This document shows, one piece after another, positions 31,327 to 41,498 of a DNA stretch of 64,000 bases. The notes under the pieces were generated by a model, which searched no databases, was not told where the DNA came from, and worked only from the letters and a program-made list of their open reading frames with translations. The number at the start of each line of letters is the position of its first letter. Position 1 is the stretch's first letter. The translations under genes were made by a program, and so were the position numbers. The DNA is from an uncultured virus (IMG/VR IMGVR_UViG_3300045253_000007) (taxonomy: Duplodnaviria > Heunggongvirae > Uroviricota > Caudoviricetes), in the IMG/VR virus record IMGVR_UViG_3300045253_000007; one strand, 5' to 3'.

Positions 31327-32572
31327 GTTAAAGGTCCTGAACTCCATTTGCTTCACCAAGGATATACAACCACTTCTGGCTGGTAATAACATCAATGAAA
31401 TGTTTGTTGGATATTCTGATGTCTGGCAGTTCATTCAGGAATATTACGGAAAGCACAGGTCAATACCTGATACGTCAATCTTGGAACAGAAGTTTGAATA
31501 CTTCGACAAGATTGATGTACCGGGTGAGACAGGTTATTATGTAGACCTTCTACGCGAAGAGTACAAGACATCAGAACTGCAAAAGATTACGTTGAAGTTG
31601 CGTGACGCAGTTGGTAATATTCCATCTGATAGAATTCTAGATGGTGTAATAAAGGACCTTATGGGTCTTAAGAGTATTTCAACAGAATCGCAAGATTTGG
31701 ATATCACTGATTTTGATAAAGCAGTAGAGCATTACGAGGCAACAAAACTCAAAGCCAAGCAAATGGGCGGCGTGCCGGGTATTCCTACTGGAATCAGTTT
31801 CATTGATAGTGCGTATACATCTGGTCTTGTTGGTGGCGACCTAGCCATTGTGCTAGGCTGGACCGGTAGGGCCAAGTCGTTGCTCACAACCATGATTGCT
31901 ATTAATGCATTTAATCATGGTCACAGGCCAATGATTGTCTCTATGGAGATGAAGTGCGAAAAGGTACGTGACAGAGCGTACACCATGATGGGTCATGGCT
32001 TGTTCAAGAACTCTGACCTAGCAAATGGTGACGTTGAGATTGATGATTTCAAGAAGTGGTCTGAGACAGTTCAGGGTAAGGGCTTCAATATTGTAGCCCA
32101 CAACGGTGATAATGTAACACCAGCCTACGTTCAGTCAAAGTATGACCAATACCTTCCGAGCATCATCATCCTTGACTATGCTCAGTTGATGACCGATAAC
32201 GCAAACTCATCCGACATGGTTGCGCGCATGCGTAATATGGCAGACGAGTACAAGAGAATGGCGGTAGCCAAGGACATTCCTATTATTCTCATTTCATCTG
32301 CAACACCAGACAATACGTCAAGTATTAACCACCCTCCCATCGTTGAGCAGATTGCTTGGTCCAAGCAGTTGGCATTCAACGCTGACCTTGCCTTCGCGGT
32401 TCACCGCCACGACGGTAAGATGGAAGATGGTTCAGTAATTATTGAGATTGTCGGTAGGAAGAATCGTAACGGTGAATTGTTTAGTGGATATTTCAGAGCC
32501 AATATCAATACTGGTATTTATGAAGAGTTCTTTTCACTTGAACAGGCAATGGGCTTAGTTAGCGATATGTAA
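31313..32572 (+). CDS. dnaB: DnaB-like replicative helicase
   Basis: GIPTG, Walker A-like GWTGRAKS, SMEM, ILDY, KNRNG. Confidence 0.9.
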   Translation: MATTELKVLNSICFTKDIQPLLAGNNINEMFVGYSDVWQFIQEYYGKHRSIPDTSILEQKFEYFDKIDVPGETGYYVDLLREEYKTSELQKITLKLRDAVGNIPSDRILDGVIKDLMGLKSISTESQDLDITDFDKAVEHYEATKLKAKQMGGVPGIPTGISFIDSAYTSGLVGGDLAIVLGWTGRAKSLLTTMIAINAFNHGHRPMIVSMEMKCEKVRDRAYTMMGHGLFKNSDLANGDVEIDDFKKWSETVQGKGFNIVAHNGDNVTPAYVQSKYDQYLPSIIILDYAQLMTDNANSSDMVARMRNMADEYKRMAVAKDIPIILISSATPDNTSSINHPPIVEQIAWSKQLAFNADLAFAVHRHDGKMEDGSVIIEIVGRKNRNGELFSGYFRANINTGIYEEFFSLEQAMGLVSDM

Positions 32573-32612
32573 TAATACGTGGTATAATTCTATCAACTAG
32601 ATAGGATTTACC

Positions 32613-32903
32613 GTGCATAACGACATTAAGCGTTTCGAATTGACTGGTACCGTGACAAGCGGTACGTTTTTACAGACAAGAGAAAGGCTAATCCATGACG
32701 TTGAGGCCGGTATGAGGGATGAAGGTTTCATCCCCGTACTGGACCTCATCCCACAGTTCACCCGCGAATATGACGCGGACACCGAAACGTTCTCTTTCAC
32801 ATTATCCGTATATGGAACACACGTAGGAGAAGAGAATTCGTGGCAACAAGCAGGAATGATGAATGGTCGTCTGGTAGAGAAGTATTCTCAGCCAGTGAAG
32901 TAG
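32613..32903 (+). CDS. hypothetical protein
   Basis: 96 aa downstream of TAGCGA-17-TATAAT. Confidence 0.65.
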   Translation: MHNDIKRFELTGTVTSGTFLQTRERLIHDVEAGMRDEGFIPVLDLIPQFTREYDADTETFSFTLSVYGTHVGEENSWQQAGMMNGRLVEKYSQPVK

Positions 32904-33967
32904 AGGCCGTTCTTCGCGCTCTTGGTATAGAGATAAAGGAAGAGACGGAAAACGACTTCCTCTCACTTTGCCCTTATCATGGTAACACAGACACGCCTGC
33001 ATTCAGCACGTCCAAGCGATACGGTTATTCTATCTGTTTCAACCCGTCATGCGCCAAGGGCGTAGACGTTCAACTCTCACTTGAAAGAATGGTGAGAGAG
33101 TTAAAGGGCATGGAGCAGTTCGTAGCCAAGAGGTTTATCGAGGCTCAGAAACAGAATACCGGCGAATCATTCAAAGATAAGTTCGACTCCATCAGCATAG
33201 AAGACGAAGCGGAACTCAAAGAGTTTCCAAAAGAGGCTATCGACCTCATGCACAGCCGTCTAAAGCACCACCCGGCTGCACTAGAGTATTTGCACGGTAG
33301 AGGTTTTAGCAACAACACCTTGGCAGCATTCAATGTCGGACTTGCGCTAAAAGCAGACAAGCCAATATATAGGGCCACAGACATGATTGTGGTGCCAGCC
33401 TACGACCACAGGTCACGCCCGGTAGGTTTAGTCGGTAGAAGTCTAGAGGGTAAGAGTTTCAAGAACTTTGGTGCAGAACCCAATGGTACCGGCTTCCACA
33501 AGAGCAAGATAGTGTGGAACTTGCAGAATGCGCGCAAGCATGAAACCATTATCCTTACCGAGTCAACATTCGACGCGATGAGGATTCACCAATCTGGTTA
33601 TCCCAATGTTGGAGCGCTTCTGGGCGGTAGTCTATCTCAGGTTCAAAAGGCATTGCTGAGTAGACATTTCACCCATGCCATTATCTTTACTGATAATGAA
33701 CTTGGTGATGACATTGTATACCACAAGCATTGCGCTGCGTGTTTGAAGGCAAGATTTGATATGTGTCAAGGACACAAGCCCGGTAGAGATTTGGGTATGA
33801 AGATAGCAGAGTCATTACCCAAGATGAAGATTTCTTGGGCCACATACGATGATAGACACATTTATGCACGCGATGTGAAGGACGCATCCGACATGACTGA
33901 TGATGAAATCAGGCATTGTCTACGCAACACAATCAGTCACTACGAGTATCTAGAATGGCAGTCATAG
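32840..33967 (+). CDS. dnaG: DNA primase
   Basis: CPYH...CF..C zinc-binding domain; TOPRIM ESTFD, FTDN, KDASD. Confidence 0.9.
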   Translation: MATSRNDEWSSGREVFSASEVEAVLRALGIEIKEETENDFLSLCPYHGNTDTPAFSTSKRYGYSICFNPSCAKGVDVQLSLERMVRELKGMEQFVAKRFIEAQKQNTGESFKDKFDSISIEDEAELKEFPKEAIDLMHSRLKHHPAALEYLHGRGFSNNTLAAFNVGLALKADKPIYRATDMIVVPAYDHRSRPVGLVGRSLEGKSFKNFGAEPNGTGFHKSKIVWNLQNARKHETIILTESTFDAMRIHQSGYPNVGALLGGSLSQVQKALLSRHFTHAIIFTDNELGDDIVYHKHCAACLKARFDMCQGHKPGRDLGMKIAESLPKMKISWATYDDRHIYARDVKDASDMTDDEIRHCLRNTISHYEYLEWQS

Positions 33968-33969
33968 GG

Positions 33970-33998
33970 TTGCTTTGAGTATCAGATTGTGGTAGAAT
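33970..33998 (+). promoter_or_regulatory. sigma70-type promoter
   Basis: TTGCTT-17-TAGAAT with TG extension. Confidence 0.7.
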
Positions 33999-34052
33999 AG
34001 AGTAACGGTTGAATCCGTAAATAACATAGAAAATTAGAGGAATTCAAATAAT

Positions 34053-34844
34053 ATGGCACTAGGATTAAAGGAATATCAGGAGCGCAAGAGGGCAGAAGAG
34101 GCCCGACGTGAAGAGGCTGCTAAGCCCCGCGTACAGCGTTTCGCACTACAGAAGGACGGCGACTCAGCGATTGTTCGTTTCGGACAAGAGATTGACGATG
34201 ACGCCAAGGGCTTCGACCCAGAGGTTGGTAAGGGCGTAGTTCACATCTTCCACACAAACGGAGATGACCCCAAGAATGGTTTCATGAATGCTGCAAAGTG
34301 TTCCACAGAAACTCAGGGCGCTTGCCTACCTTGCGAAAAGGTTCAGAACTCAAATGTTGAGTGGGAACAGCGCAAGGGCTGGAAGCAGAAGGAAAAGTTC
34401 ACCATCAACGTTATTGCTGGTGAGCCTAAGGAGGTTGAAATCAATGGTAAGAAGAAGTATTTCACCACTGACCTTCCAGATGACGCCAAGGGCGGCACTG
34501 TCTACCTAGTAGAGCAGTCCACTTACAACGGCATCTACGACAGCCTTTCCAACTTCTTCCTAAATACGAAGGCTTCCAAGGAGACAATCCTAGGTAAGAC
34601 CTTCCAGATTACTCGCAAGGGTTCTAATTTCAACGACACATCTTACAGCATCATCCCGGTCGAGGACCTTCCGAAGACCGCAACTCCACTAAAGGAGTTT
34701 GAACTGGTAGATGTACAGGAAGTTTTGTCTGATGTACCTTACGGTCAGCAGGCTGCTTTCTACGCTAGAGGTAGTTCGCCAGTTGTAGAGCCAGAGTTGG
34801 CTTCCGCAACTGCCGGTGCATCTGTCTCAGAATCTCCTTGGTAA
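34053..34844 (+). CDS. single-stranded DNA-binding protein (gp32-like)
   Basis: C...CLPC zinc site, ITRKG...DTSY, acidic tail ending in W. Confidence 0.75.
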   Translation: MALGLKEYQERKRAEEARREEAAKPRVQRFALQKDGDSAIVRFGQEIDDDAKGFDPEVGKGVVHIFHTNGDDPKNGFMNAAKCSTETQGACLPCEKVQNSNVEWEQRKGWKQKEKFTINVIAGEPKEVEINGKKKYFTTDLPDDAKGGTVYLVEQSTYNGIYDSLSNFFLNTKASKETILGKTFQITRKGSNFNDTSYSIIPVEDLPKTATPLKEFELVDVQEVLSDVPYGQQAAFYARGSSPVVEPELASATAGASVSESPW

Positions 34845-35140
34845 CTAGAAGTTACAAGATTTACATGCGTTCCCCGCAGTGGGCTCGCAAGCGTGAACAA
34901 GTATTTAACCATTACGGTAAGAAATGCTACGCTTGCGGCTCACGGCGGGGTCCGCTGCATGTGCATCATTTAACCTACGACCGTTTCGGCGGTAGGGAAC
35001 TAATTAGTGACCTACGTCCTCTATGTATGCCTTGCCACAGAGAAGTAACTGCGCTACACTGGAAGATGGGCAAGCGCAGAGCAACAGGCCAGTTTGTATT
35101 CGCAACATTTATGAAAATGAAAAGGGCAAAGCCCTTCTAA
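34838..35140 (+). CDS. HNH endonuclease
   Basis: CYAC...HVHHLTY...LCMPCH. Confidence 0.85.
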   Translation: MVTRSYKIYMRSPQWARKREQVFNHYGKKCYACGSRRGPLHVHHLTYDRFGGRELISDLRPLCMPCHREVTALHWKMGKRRATGQFVFATFMKMKRAKPF

Positions 35141-35153
35141 TCAAAGGATTTTA

Positions 35154-38100
35154 ATGAAGTACCACGAGTTACATCTGCACGACCATTACTCAGTTCTGGA
35201 CGGTGTTAACACCCCGACCGAATATATGAAGAGGGCTAACGAGTTGGGTATGACCCACCTAGCCCAGACAAATCATGGAACGCTTTCGGGCTGGCGCGAC
35301 TTTCAAAAGTCTGCTGCAACAGCCGGTATTATCCCAATTCTAGGTGTAGAAGCATACATTTCAGACACAGACCGTTTTGACCGACGCTCAACAAATAAGC
35401 GTGCGGACGGTACCAAGTCATTCAACCATATTGGTATTCTAGCCATGAATGAAAATGGCATGCGCAATGTCAATGCCATGATGCAGGAAGCATGGACAGG
35501 CGGCTTCTACTCCAAGCCACGTATCGACATGGACCTGTTAGAACAGCACAATGAGGATATCGTCGTGCTCTCAGGCTGCCTAGGTGGTTTGTTGGCATCT
35601 GCCTTGACCACAGAGAACGGTCACGTCCCGGATTACCAGCGTGCGCTACAGTTGGCTACTCGTCTTAAGTTTATTCTAGGTGAGCGTTTCTTCATCGAGA
35701 TTCAGGGTCACAACCCAGCCTACATTAACGCAGGTCTTTTGAAGATTGCAGAAGACTTGAAAATCAAGCCGGTAGTCACATCAGACTGCCACCACGCTCG
35801 TAAGGAAGATTTGTGGATTCAGGAGGCCATGCTCATCCTGAGCACCAAGCCTGACATCAACAAGAGATTTGACTTTACCAAGTCTCAGCAGATGGAGCAT
35901 CTAGAAAGGTACAACTATCTTTACCCAGACCGCTCACTGACCTTTGAGAAATTTGGTCTGTATCTACATGCTGCACAGGACCATGTTGAGGCTTTGGCAA
36001 AGCAGGGTATCGGTACCGAGCCTATTACGAATACCGACATCATTGCTCAGATGGTTGGAGAGTATCCGCTATACAAGAACCTTGACCTTCTACCGACTCC
36101 CGATGCTAGCATTGATGATTTGGATGAGGAACTACGCCGTCAGGCGTTTGAGGGTTTGAAGGAGCGCGGTAAGGCTGATGACCCAGAGTATGTCGCTCGT
36201 GTAGAGGAAGAACTTGCTATCATCAAGCAGATGGGTTTTGCAGTATACTTCCTTATCCTGTCTGACATTGTTAGGTGGGCGCGCGCGCAGGGCATCTTTA
36301 TGGGTCCCGGTAGAGGTTCTGGTGTTGCATCATTGGTCAACTATTCTCTATTCATTACTAACATTGACCCGATACCATACAAGTTGCTGTTCTTCCGATT
36401 CCTAGACCCAGACCGCCCGGATTGGCCCGACATCGACGTTGACTTTGAGGTCAAGCGTCGTTATGAGGTTAAGGAGTACGTAAACCGTAAGTATGGTTAT
36501 ACTGCTAACATCATGACGTTTACACTGTTCCGTGGTAAGTCTGCTATCAAGTCTGCCGCATCTGTTTTCCTTATCCCACAGGGTGAGGTAAACAAGGTTA
36601 CCAAGATGCTCACTGACGACCCAGACTTCCCTGCGCTAGAGGTTTTTGCAACAAGTGAATCCACAGCCGAGTTCAGGAGAAAGTATCCCGAGGTCGAGCC
36701 GTTGGCACGCGCCCTAGAGGGACGTATCAAGAGCACAGGAATGCACGCTGGCGGTACCGTTATTTCCAAGGTACCGATTGACCAGTACGTACCCATGCAA
36801 ACCGCTACGGACCCTCAGGACGAGGCTAAGGGACGTGTACCGCTCATCGCGGTAGACATGACGGAGGCTGCCGAGATTGGCCTTATCAAGTACGACTTCC
36901 TCGGCTTGAACAACCTTACAGTTATTCTAGAGACAATCGCTGATATCAAGAAGAGGCACGGGGTAGAGATTGACCCGTACGAACTCATTGACCCAAACGA
37001 TTTGTTGAAGGAAGACCCAGAGGTTTTGTCCATGCTTTCACAGGGACACACAAAGGCTGTGTTCCAGTGTGAAGGTGGCCCCTACACTAATCTACTATTG
37101 GACATGGGTGGCGTTCAGACGTTCAACGACCTCGTTGCGTCTAACGCTCTCGTACGTCCGGGTGCTTCCAACTCTAGTATTGGTGCTAACTACATCAAGG
37201 GTAAGTTGACTGGTGACTACGAATTCATTCACGCCAGCACAGAGCCGTTCACCAGAGATACCTATGGTCAGATTCTATTTCAGGAACAGCAGATGCAACT
37301 GTGTACGACAGTCGCCGGTATGTCGATGAGAGACGCTAATCAGGTCCGTCAGGCTATTAGTAAGAAGGTCAAGGAGAAGTTGGCCGTCTGGGAGCCTGCA
37401 TTTATTGAGGGTGCCACCAAGACTCTTGGAGAAAAGAAGGCCCAGTTCCTTTGGACCGACTTGGAGAAGTCTGCTCAGTATGCCTTTAACAAGGCTCACT
37501 CAGTAGGCTACTCCTATATCTCATATTGGACTGCGTGGTTCAAGTATCATTACCCGGTCGAGTATATGAACGCGGTACTGAACAACGTCGGAGGTACAGA
37601 CAAAAAGGTTAAGTCCATGTTCTATCTCATGGAGACTAAGCGTCTAGGGGTAAAGGTTATGTTGCCTCACGTCAACGCCAGTGATGTCAACAATAAGGTT
37701 GAGGACGACGGTATTCGAATGGGTCTGTCTTCTATCAAGGGTATTGCGTCTAAGTCTGCTACCAAGGTCGTAGATGCTGCACCGTTCAGCAGTTATGAGA
37801 ACTTGAAGGAAGTCAGCGCAACCAAGGGCTCCGGTATAAGTATCGGCTTGTTGTCTGCGCTTAACAAGATTGGTGGAGCAGCATTTCCAGACAATCCACG
37901 CACCGGTAATGAAAGAGAAAACTTCTACGAGTATCTCAATATTCCAGCATTCACGGTAGACCTAGACCCGCACATCAAGACGCAGTTCAGGCTTTGCGAA
38001 GAATACACACAAGACGGTGCCTTCGTGGTTTGTGGCATGGTTTACAATATCAAGAACGGTCATGGCTGGACTCTGATAGAATACGTAGATGAGTCCGGTA

Positions 38101-38492
38101 CCGCTGGAACGTTTACCAACACGTCCACCAAGATTGAAAAGGCCAACATGTATGTCATGTTGGTATCAAACAACAGTATCGTCCAGTACGTCACCGTAGA
38201 TGACCTTGTTAATGGCAAGGCCGGTGCTTTTGGCAAGTATTTGGAGAAGGAAAAACTGGAACTGAAAGATGGAGAATACCGTTGTATCTCCTATAAGGAA
38301 CGCAGAAGCAAGGCCGGTAATGAAATGGCAGACGCCGTTTTCACTGACGGCGACAAGAACCTGTACCCGACAATAATATTCAGTAAGTTGTTGGGCAAGG
38401 CAAAGATTCCATGCCTAACGTCAGCAAAGGTCAGGGCTTTCCTGAATGAGACTGACGATGGGTCATACATATTAAAGGAGATTAACCAGTGA
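35154..38492 (+). CDS. dnaE: DNA polymerase III alpha subunit
   Basis: PHP HLHDHYS.LDG, GRGSG, PDIDVD, KYDFLGL, YAFNKAHS. Confidence 0.95.
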   Translation: MKYHELHLHDHYSVLDGVNTPTEYMKRANELGMTHLAQTNHGTLSGWRDFQKSAATAGIIPILGVEAYISDTDRFDRRSTNKRADGTKSFNHIGILAMNENGMRNVNAMMQEAWTGGFYSKPRIDMDLLEQHNEDIVVLSGCLGGLLASALTTENGHVPDYQRALQLATRLKFILGERFFIEIQGHNPAYINAGLLKIAEDLKIKPVVTSDCHHARKEDLWIQEAMLILSTKPDINKRFDFTKSQQMEHLERYNYLYPDRSLTFEKFGLYLHAAQDHVEALAKQGIGTEPITNTDIIAQMVGEYPLYKNLDLLPTPDASIDDLDEELRRQAFEGLKERGKADDPEYVARVEEELAIIKQMGFAVYFLILSDIVRWARAQGIFMGPGRGSGVASLVNYSLFITNIDPIPYKLLFFRFLDPDRPDWPDIDVDFEVKRRYEVKEYVNRKYGYTANIMTFTLFRGKSAIKSAASVFLIPQGEVNKVTKMLTDDPDFPALEVFATSESTAEFRRKYPEVEPLARALEGRIKSTGMHAGGTVISKVPIDQYVPMQTATDPQDEAKGRVPLIAVDMTEAAEIGLIKYDFLGLNNLTVILETIADIKKRHGVEIDPYELIDPNDLLKEDPEVLSMLSQGHTKAVFQCEGGPYTNLLLDMGGVQTFNDLVASNALVRPGASNSSIGANYIKGKLTGDYEFIHASTEPFTRDTYGQILFQEQQMQLCTTVAGMSMRDANQVRQAISKKVKEKLAVWEPAFIEGATKTLGEKKAQFLWTDLEKSAQYAFNKAHSVGYSYISYWTAWFKYHYPVEYMNAVLNNVGGTDKKVKSMFYLMETKRLGVKVMLPHVNASDVNNKVEDDGIRMGLSSIKGIASKSATKVVDAAPFSSYENLKEVSATKGSGISIGLLSALNKIGGAAFPDNPRTGNERENFYEYLNIPAFTVDLDPHIKTQFRLCEEYTQDGAFVVCGMVYNIKNGHGWTLIEYVDESGTAGTFTNTSTKIEKANMYVMLVSNNSIVQYVTVDDLVNGKAGAFGKYLEKEKLELKDGEYRCISYKERRSKAGNEMADAVFTDGDKNLYPTIIFSKLLGKAKIPCLTSAKVRAFLNETDDGSYILKEINQ

Positions 38493-38722
38493 GTGAATCA
38501 CTACAACAGGTAGAACAGATTGCAGCGTTTACGGCGTTGCTAGTAATCCACGCGGGTGGACACGTAAAGATTCCATTTGAGACTGTAGAGAATGGCCTAC
38601 CGGCTGGACACGCGGTACACATGGAATGGGACGATGACAACAACCTTAACTTCTCAATCAAGTCGATTGAAGAAATTAAGGAGCAGCAGGAGGCAGATAG
38701 GATTGCCAATGCCCAGCAGTGA
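38489..38722 (+). CDS. hypothetical protein
   Basis: 77 aa; SD AAGGAG. Confidence 0.6.
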   Translation: MSESLQQVEQIAAFTALLVIHAGGHVKIPFETVENGLPAGHAVHMEWDDDNNLNFSIKSIEEIKEQQEADRIANAQQ

Positions 38723-39161
38723 AGAATTACAGTTTGCATTTGCTCCCGGAGAACTAGAACGAGAAGACTCAGAATACCATGCCAAAAAGGACGCATTGTC
38801 TAGGGAACTAGACAAAATAACTGAAAAGGTTAAGAGTCGTGAAATGGATATGCTTGCCAGCCAGATTCACGTCGTCAACGACGACAAGGGATTCTGGATT
38901 GACCCGGTAGAGATGGATAAGTGGCAGGCTAAGTTAATGCTTGTTGTTACTGAGGTAGCAGAGGTAACCGAAGCGCTCAGGAAGTCTCAGGGACCATCAG
39001 CAGTAACAGAAGAGTTTGCTGATATCTTTATCAGGTGCCTAGATATCTACCACGTTTTGGTTGAGGCTGGCGAAGCAGAACCTAATCTTTATCAGGTCAT
39101 TATTGATAAGGTTGAAAAGAACAAGACAAGACCACCCAAGCACGGTAATCGTTGGGGTTAG
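38709..39161 (+). CDS. MazG-like NTP pyrophosphohydrolase
   Basis: EVAEVTEALRK...EEFADIFIR; start moved to the ATG after GGAGG. Confidence 0.85.
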   Translation: MPSSEELQFAFAPGELEREDSEYHAKKDALSRELDKITEKVKSREMDMLASQIHVVNDDKGFWIDPVEMDKWQAKLMLVVTEVAEVTEALRKSQGPSAVTEEFADIFIRCLDIYHVLVEAGEAEPNLYQVIIDKVEKNKTRPPKHGNRWG

Positions 39162-39162
39162 G

Positions 39163-39191
39163 TCGCTATTCCCTACTTTCTATGCTATAAT
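39163..39191 (+). promoter_or_regulatory. sigma70-type promoter of recA
   Basis: TCGCTA-17-TATAAT with TG extension. Confidence 0.65.
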
Positions 39192-39213
39192 GGAACTATA
39201 GAAAGTAGGGAAT

Positions 39214-40224
39214 TTGTCAACTATTGAAGAAGTGCTAGCGAACCTAAACCCCAAGACGGCAGAGGCATTCCGCGTAGCATCAGAAGTAGAAAACGAAATC
39301 CTACCAACACCATCGCTCGGCCTGAATATGGCTATGGGCGGCATTGGGTATGGTAGGTTCACAACCTTGTACGGTAACAAGGGCGGCGGTAAGACTACGT
39401 TCGCGCTACAGCAGGTAGCACAAGCACAAAAAGAAGGTAAGTCCACAGCGTGGATTGACGTAGAAAAGAATTTCAGTGCGGAGTGGGCTCAGCGCTTAGG
39501 CGTTAATACAGACCAAGTTCTACATACGCGCAAGGTCATGTCTATCGCAGACATGACAAACAAGGGTAGGGAATTAATCACAGCCGGTATTGATGTATTG
39601 GTTATTGATTCCATTTCCCAGTTGCTTCCGGCATCATTCTTTGAGGATGCCAAGGGCGACTCCAAGGAGTTTTCTGAGTTTGGTAAGACAGGCCAGATTG
39701 GTACCTTCTCAAAGAACATAGGTACCATGCTTAATACTCTCAACGGAGTAAATGAGAAAACAGCAATCATCATCATTTCTCAGATTAGAAACAAGATTGG
39801 CTCCTATGGAGCCTCTATCTCTTTAATGGGAGGCAATGCGCTAGAGCACGTTCATTCAACGTGTATCAAGTTTTGGCGTACGCCGTCAGACATCATTGAG
39901 GCAGAGTTCCACGTGGGAGATGGATTGCTGTTGAAAAAGCCGGTAGGTGCTCCGATTACTTGGACCATCGAAAAGAATCGCGGTGAAGGCGGTCAGATGT
40001 CAAATACCTACGACCTGTATCACACAGGAGACTTTGTAGGAATAGACCTGACTGGCGAAGTCGTCACTTTTGGTGTAGAATATGGAGTAATAAAGAAGAA
40101 GGGTAATTGGCTCACCATCAACGATGAACAGTTCAATGGTCGCAAAGCGGCCATTACCTACCTTCGTGATAACCCAGTTATCCAAGAGAAGATTTACGGA
40201 GAGATTCTTGCCAAATCCATTTAG
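39214..40224 (+). CDS. recA: RecA-like recombinase
   Basis: GNKGGGKT, VIDSI, SQIR, GGNAL. Confidence 0.92.
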   Translation: MSTIEEVLANLNPKTAEAFRVASEVENEILPTPSLGLNMAMGGIGYGRFTTLYGNKGGGKTTFALQQVAQAQKEGKSTAWIDVEKNFSAEWAQRLGVNTDQVLHTRKVMSIADMTNKGRELITAGIDVLVIDSISQLLPASFFEDAKGDSKEFSEFGKTGQIGTFSKNIGTMLNTLNGVNEKTAIIIISQIRNKIGSYGASISLMGGNALEHVHSTCIKFWRTPSDIIEAEFHVGDGLLLKKPVGAPITWTIEKNRGEGGQMSNTYDLYHTGDFVGIDLTGEVVTFGVEYGVIKKKGNWLTINDEQFNGRKAAITYLRDNPVIQEKIYGEILAKSI

Positions 40225-40405
40225 CGACAAAGGTGCGGAAGCACAGCATGTTCAAACGTCTGGCGTGACGAAGGTTGTTAACTCAACCCTAGTATGTGAC
40301 CAGTGCTTTGAGGAAACCTCAGAGGGCGACTACTACGAGTCAAAGTCGCTTCTAGTATTCACGTGTCCCAATGGTCACCAAAATGAAGTAAAGATTGAAC
40401 TGTGA
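40208..40405 (+). CDS. small zinc-ribbon protein
   Basis: CDQC...CPNGH; TTG start after GGAGAG. Confidence 0.6.
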   Translation: MPNPFSDKGAEAQHVQTSGVTKVVNSTLVCDQCFEETSEGDYYESKSLLVFTCPNGHQNEVKIEL

Positions 40406-40716
40406 GTGAAGCATCAGAAGTAAAGCGAGATGGAGCCAAGGCTACTAAGAATTCCGGTAGAGGTCAGTATCAGAAGGGTGATGCCTTTCTTGATATATTC
40501 ACCGTAGACTACAAGGAGTTCAGCAAATCTTTCAGCCTCAGCCGTGACGTTTGGGCAAAGATTTGTGGCGATGCACTTCGCAACTCCCACAGCGAACCAG
40601 CACTTAAGATTATTCTTGGGTCTGGTAACACTAAGATTCGTCTGTGGGTAGTTGCGGAGCACATCATCGAAGACTACATTAGACTTAGAAAGTTAGAAGA
40701 AGATGGACGTATTTGA
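40402..40716 (+). CDS. PD-(D/E)xK Holliday-junction resolvase-like protein
   Basis: NSGRG..KGD...DYK motif. Confidence 0.7.
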   Translation: MSEASEVKRDGAKATKNSGRGQYQKGDAFLDIFTVDYKEFSKSFSLSRDVWAKICGDALRNSHSEPALKIILGSGNTKIRLWVVAEHIIEDYIRLRKLEEDGRI

Positions 40717-41029
40717 ACAGTATGGTATCAAGCCTTGGAGATTTGGTATGTACAACATAGAAGATAGAAAAACATTCGCGAGAGAATGGCGCAAGCACAT
40801 TCCGGCAGAGTTGAGAGCAATAACGTTCTTTCAATTCAAAGACCGCAAAGATTCGGTAGAGTTTCAAACGTATTTAGTTTTTGAAGGTTTAGAGTTGAGA
40901 TGCGACCACGAGTTTGCATCATCTTTTATTGATGAACTGGGTGGACATCTTTGGGATTGCATACCAGTCATCAGTGCTCAAATTGCCCATGACCTAGAGA
41001 ACAGGACGTGGCAACATGCGAGTAATTAA
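40703..41029 (+). CDS. hypothetical protein
   Basis: 108 aa ORF within the operon. Confidence 0.6.
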   Translation: MDVFEQYGIKPWRFGMYNIEDRKTFAREWRKHIPAELRAITFFQFKDRKDSVEFQTYLVFEGLELRCDHEFASSFIDELGGHLWDCIPVISAQIAHDLENRTWQHASN

Positions 41030-41123
41030 GGAACTGAATATTTTCGAAATCAGTTTCATCATGTACCCAACCAACCCTCACTGTATTGTTACAGGAGTTA
41101 GCATGAGGTTAGCAGATGACTGA
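41016..41123 (+). CDS. 35-aa mini-ORF
   Basis: MRVIKELNIFEISFIMYPTNPHC...; fills the gap and overlaps both neighbours. Confidence 0.4.
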   Translation: MRVIKELNIFEISFIMYPTNPHCIVTGVSMRLADD

Positions 41124-41463
41124 TGAAAAGTTGGTAGAAGGTCTAGAGTATGTCTCTGGGATACAGGATTTCATAGACCTTCACGCGGCGGTAGGAGATG
41201 AAGACCTACAAACTGCACTAGACCTAGCCTTGAAGTGTATCGCTAGACCAGATATCAAGATAGCAACCGCTCGTAAGGCCATGGTGCAGATGCAGGGTTA
41301 TGCATTCAAGTTCAAGATGCAGGCTTTAGTCTACATGCAGATTCACATTGGCAAGACCGGCTCAGACCAAAACATTAAGAAGAACGCATACATGTATGCT
41401 TCGGAACAATGTGATAAAATGGCACAAACACTAAAATATTTGGCCCGAGAAAATTCATACTAA
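41116..41463 (+). CDS. hypothetical protein
   Basis: 115 aa, helical. Confidence 0.65.
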   Translation: MTDEKLVEGLEYVSGIQDFIDLHAAVGDEDLQTALDLALKCIARPDIKIATARKAMVQMQGYAFKFKMQALVYMQIHIGKTGSDQNIKKNAYMYASEQCDKMAQTLKYLARENSY

Positions 41464-41498
41464 TGCAGAAATACCTAGCAAGAGAGAATAGTTACTAA

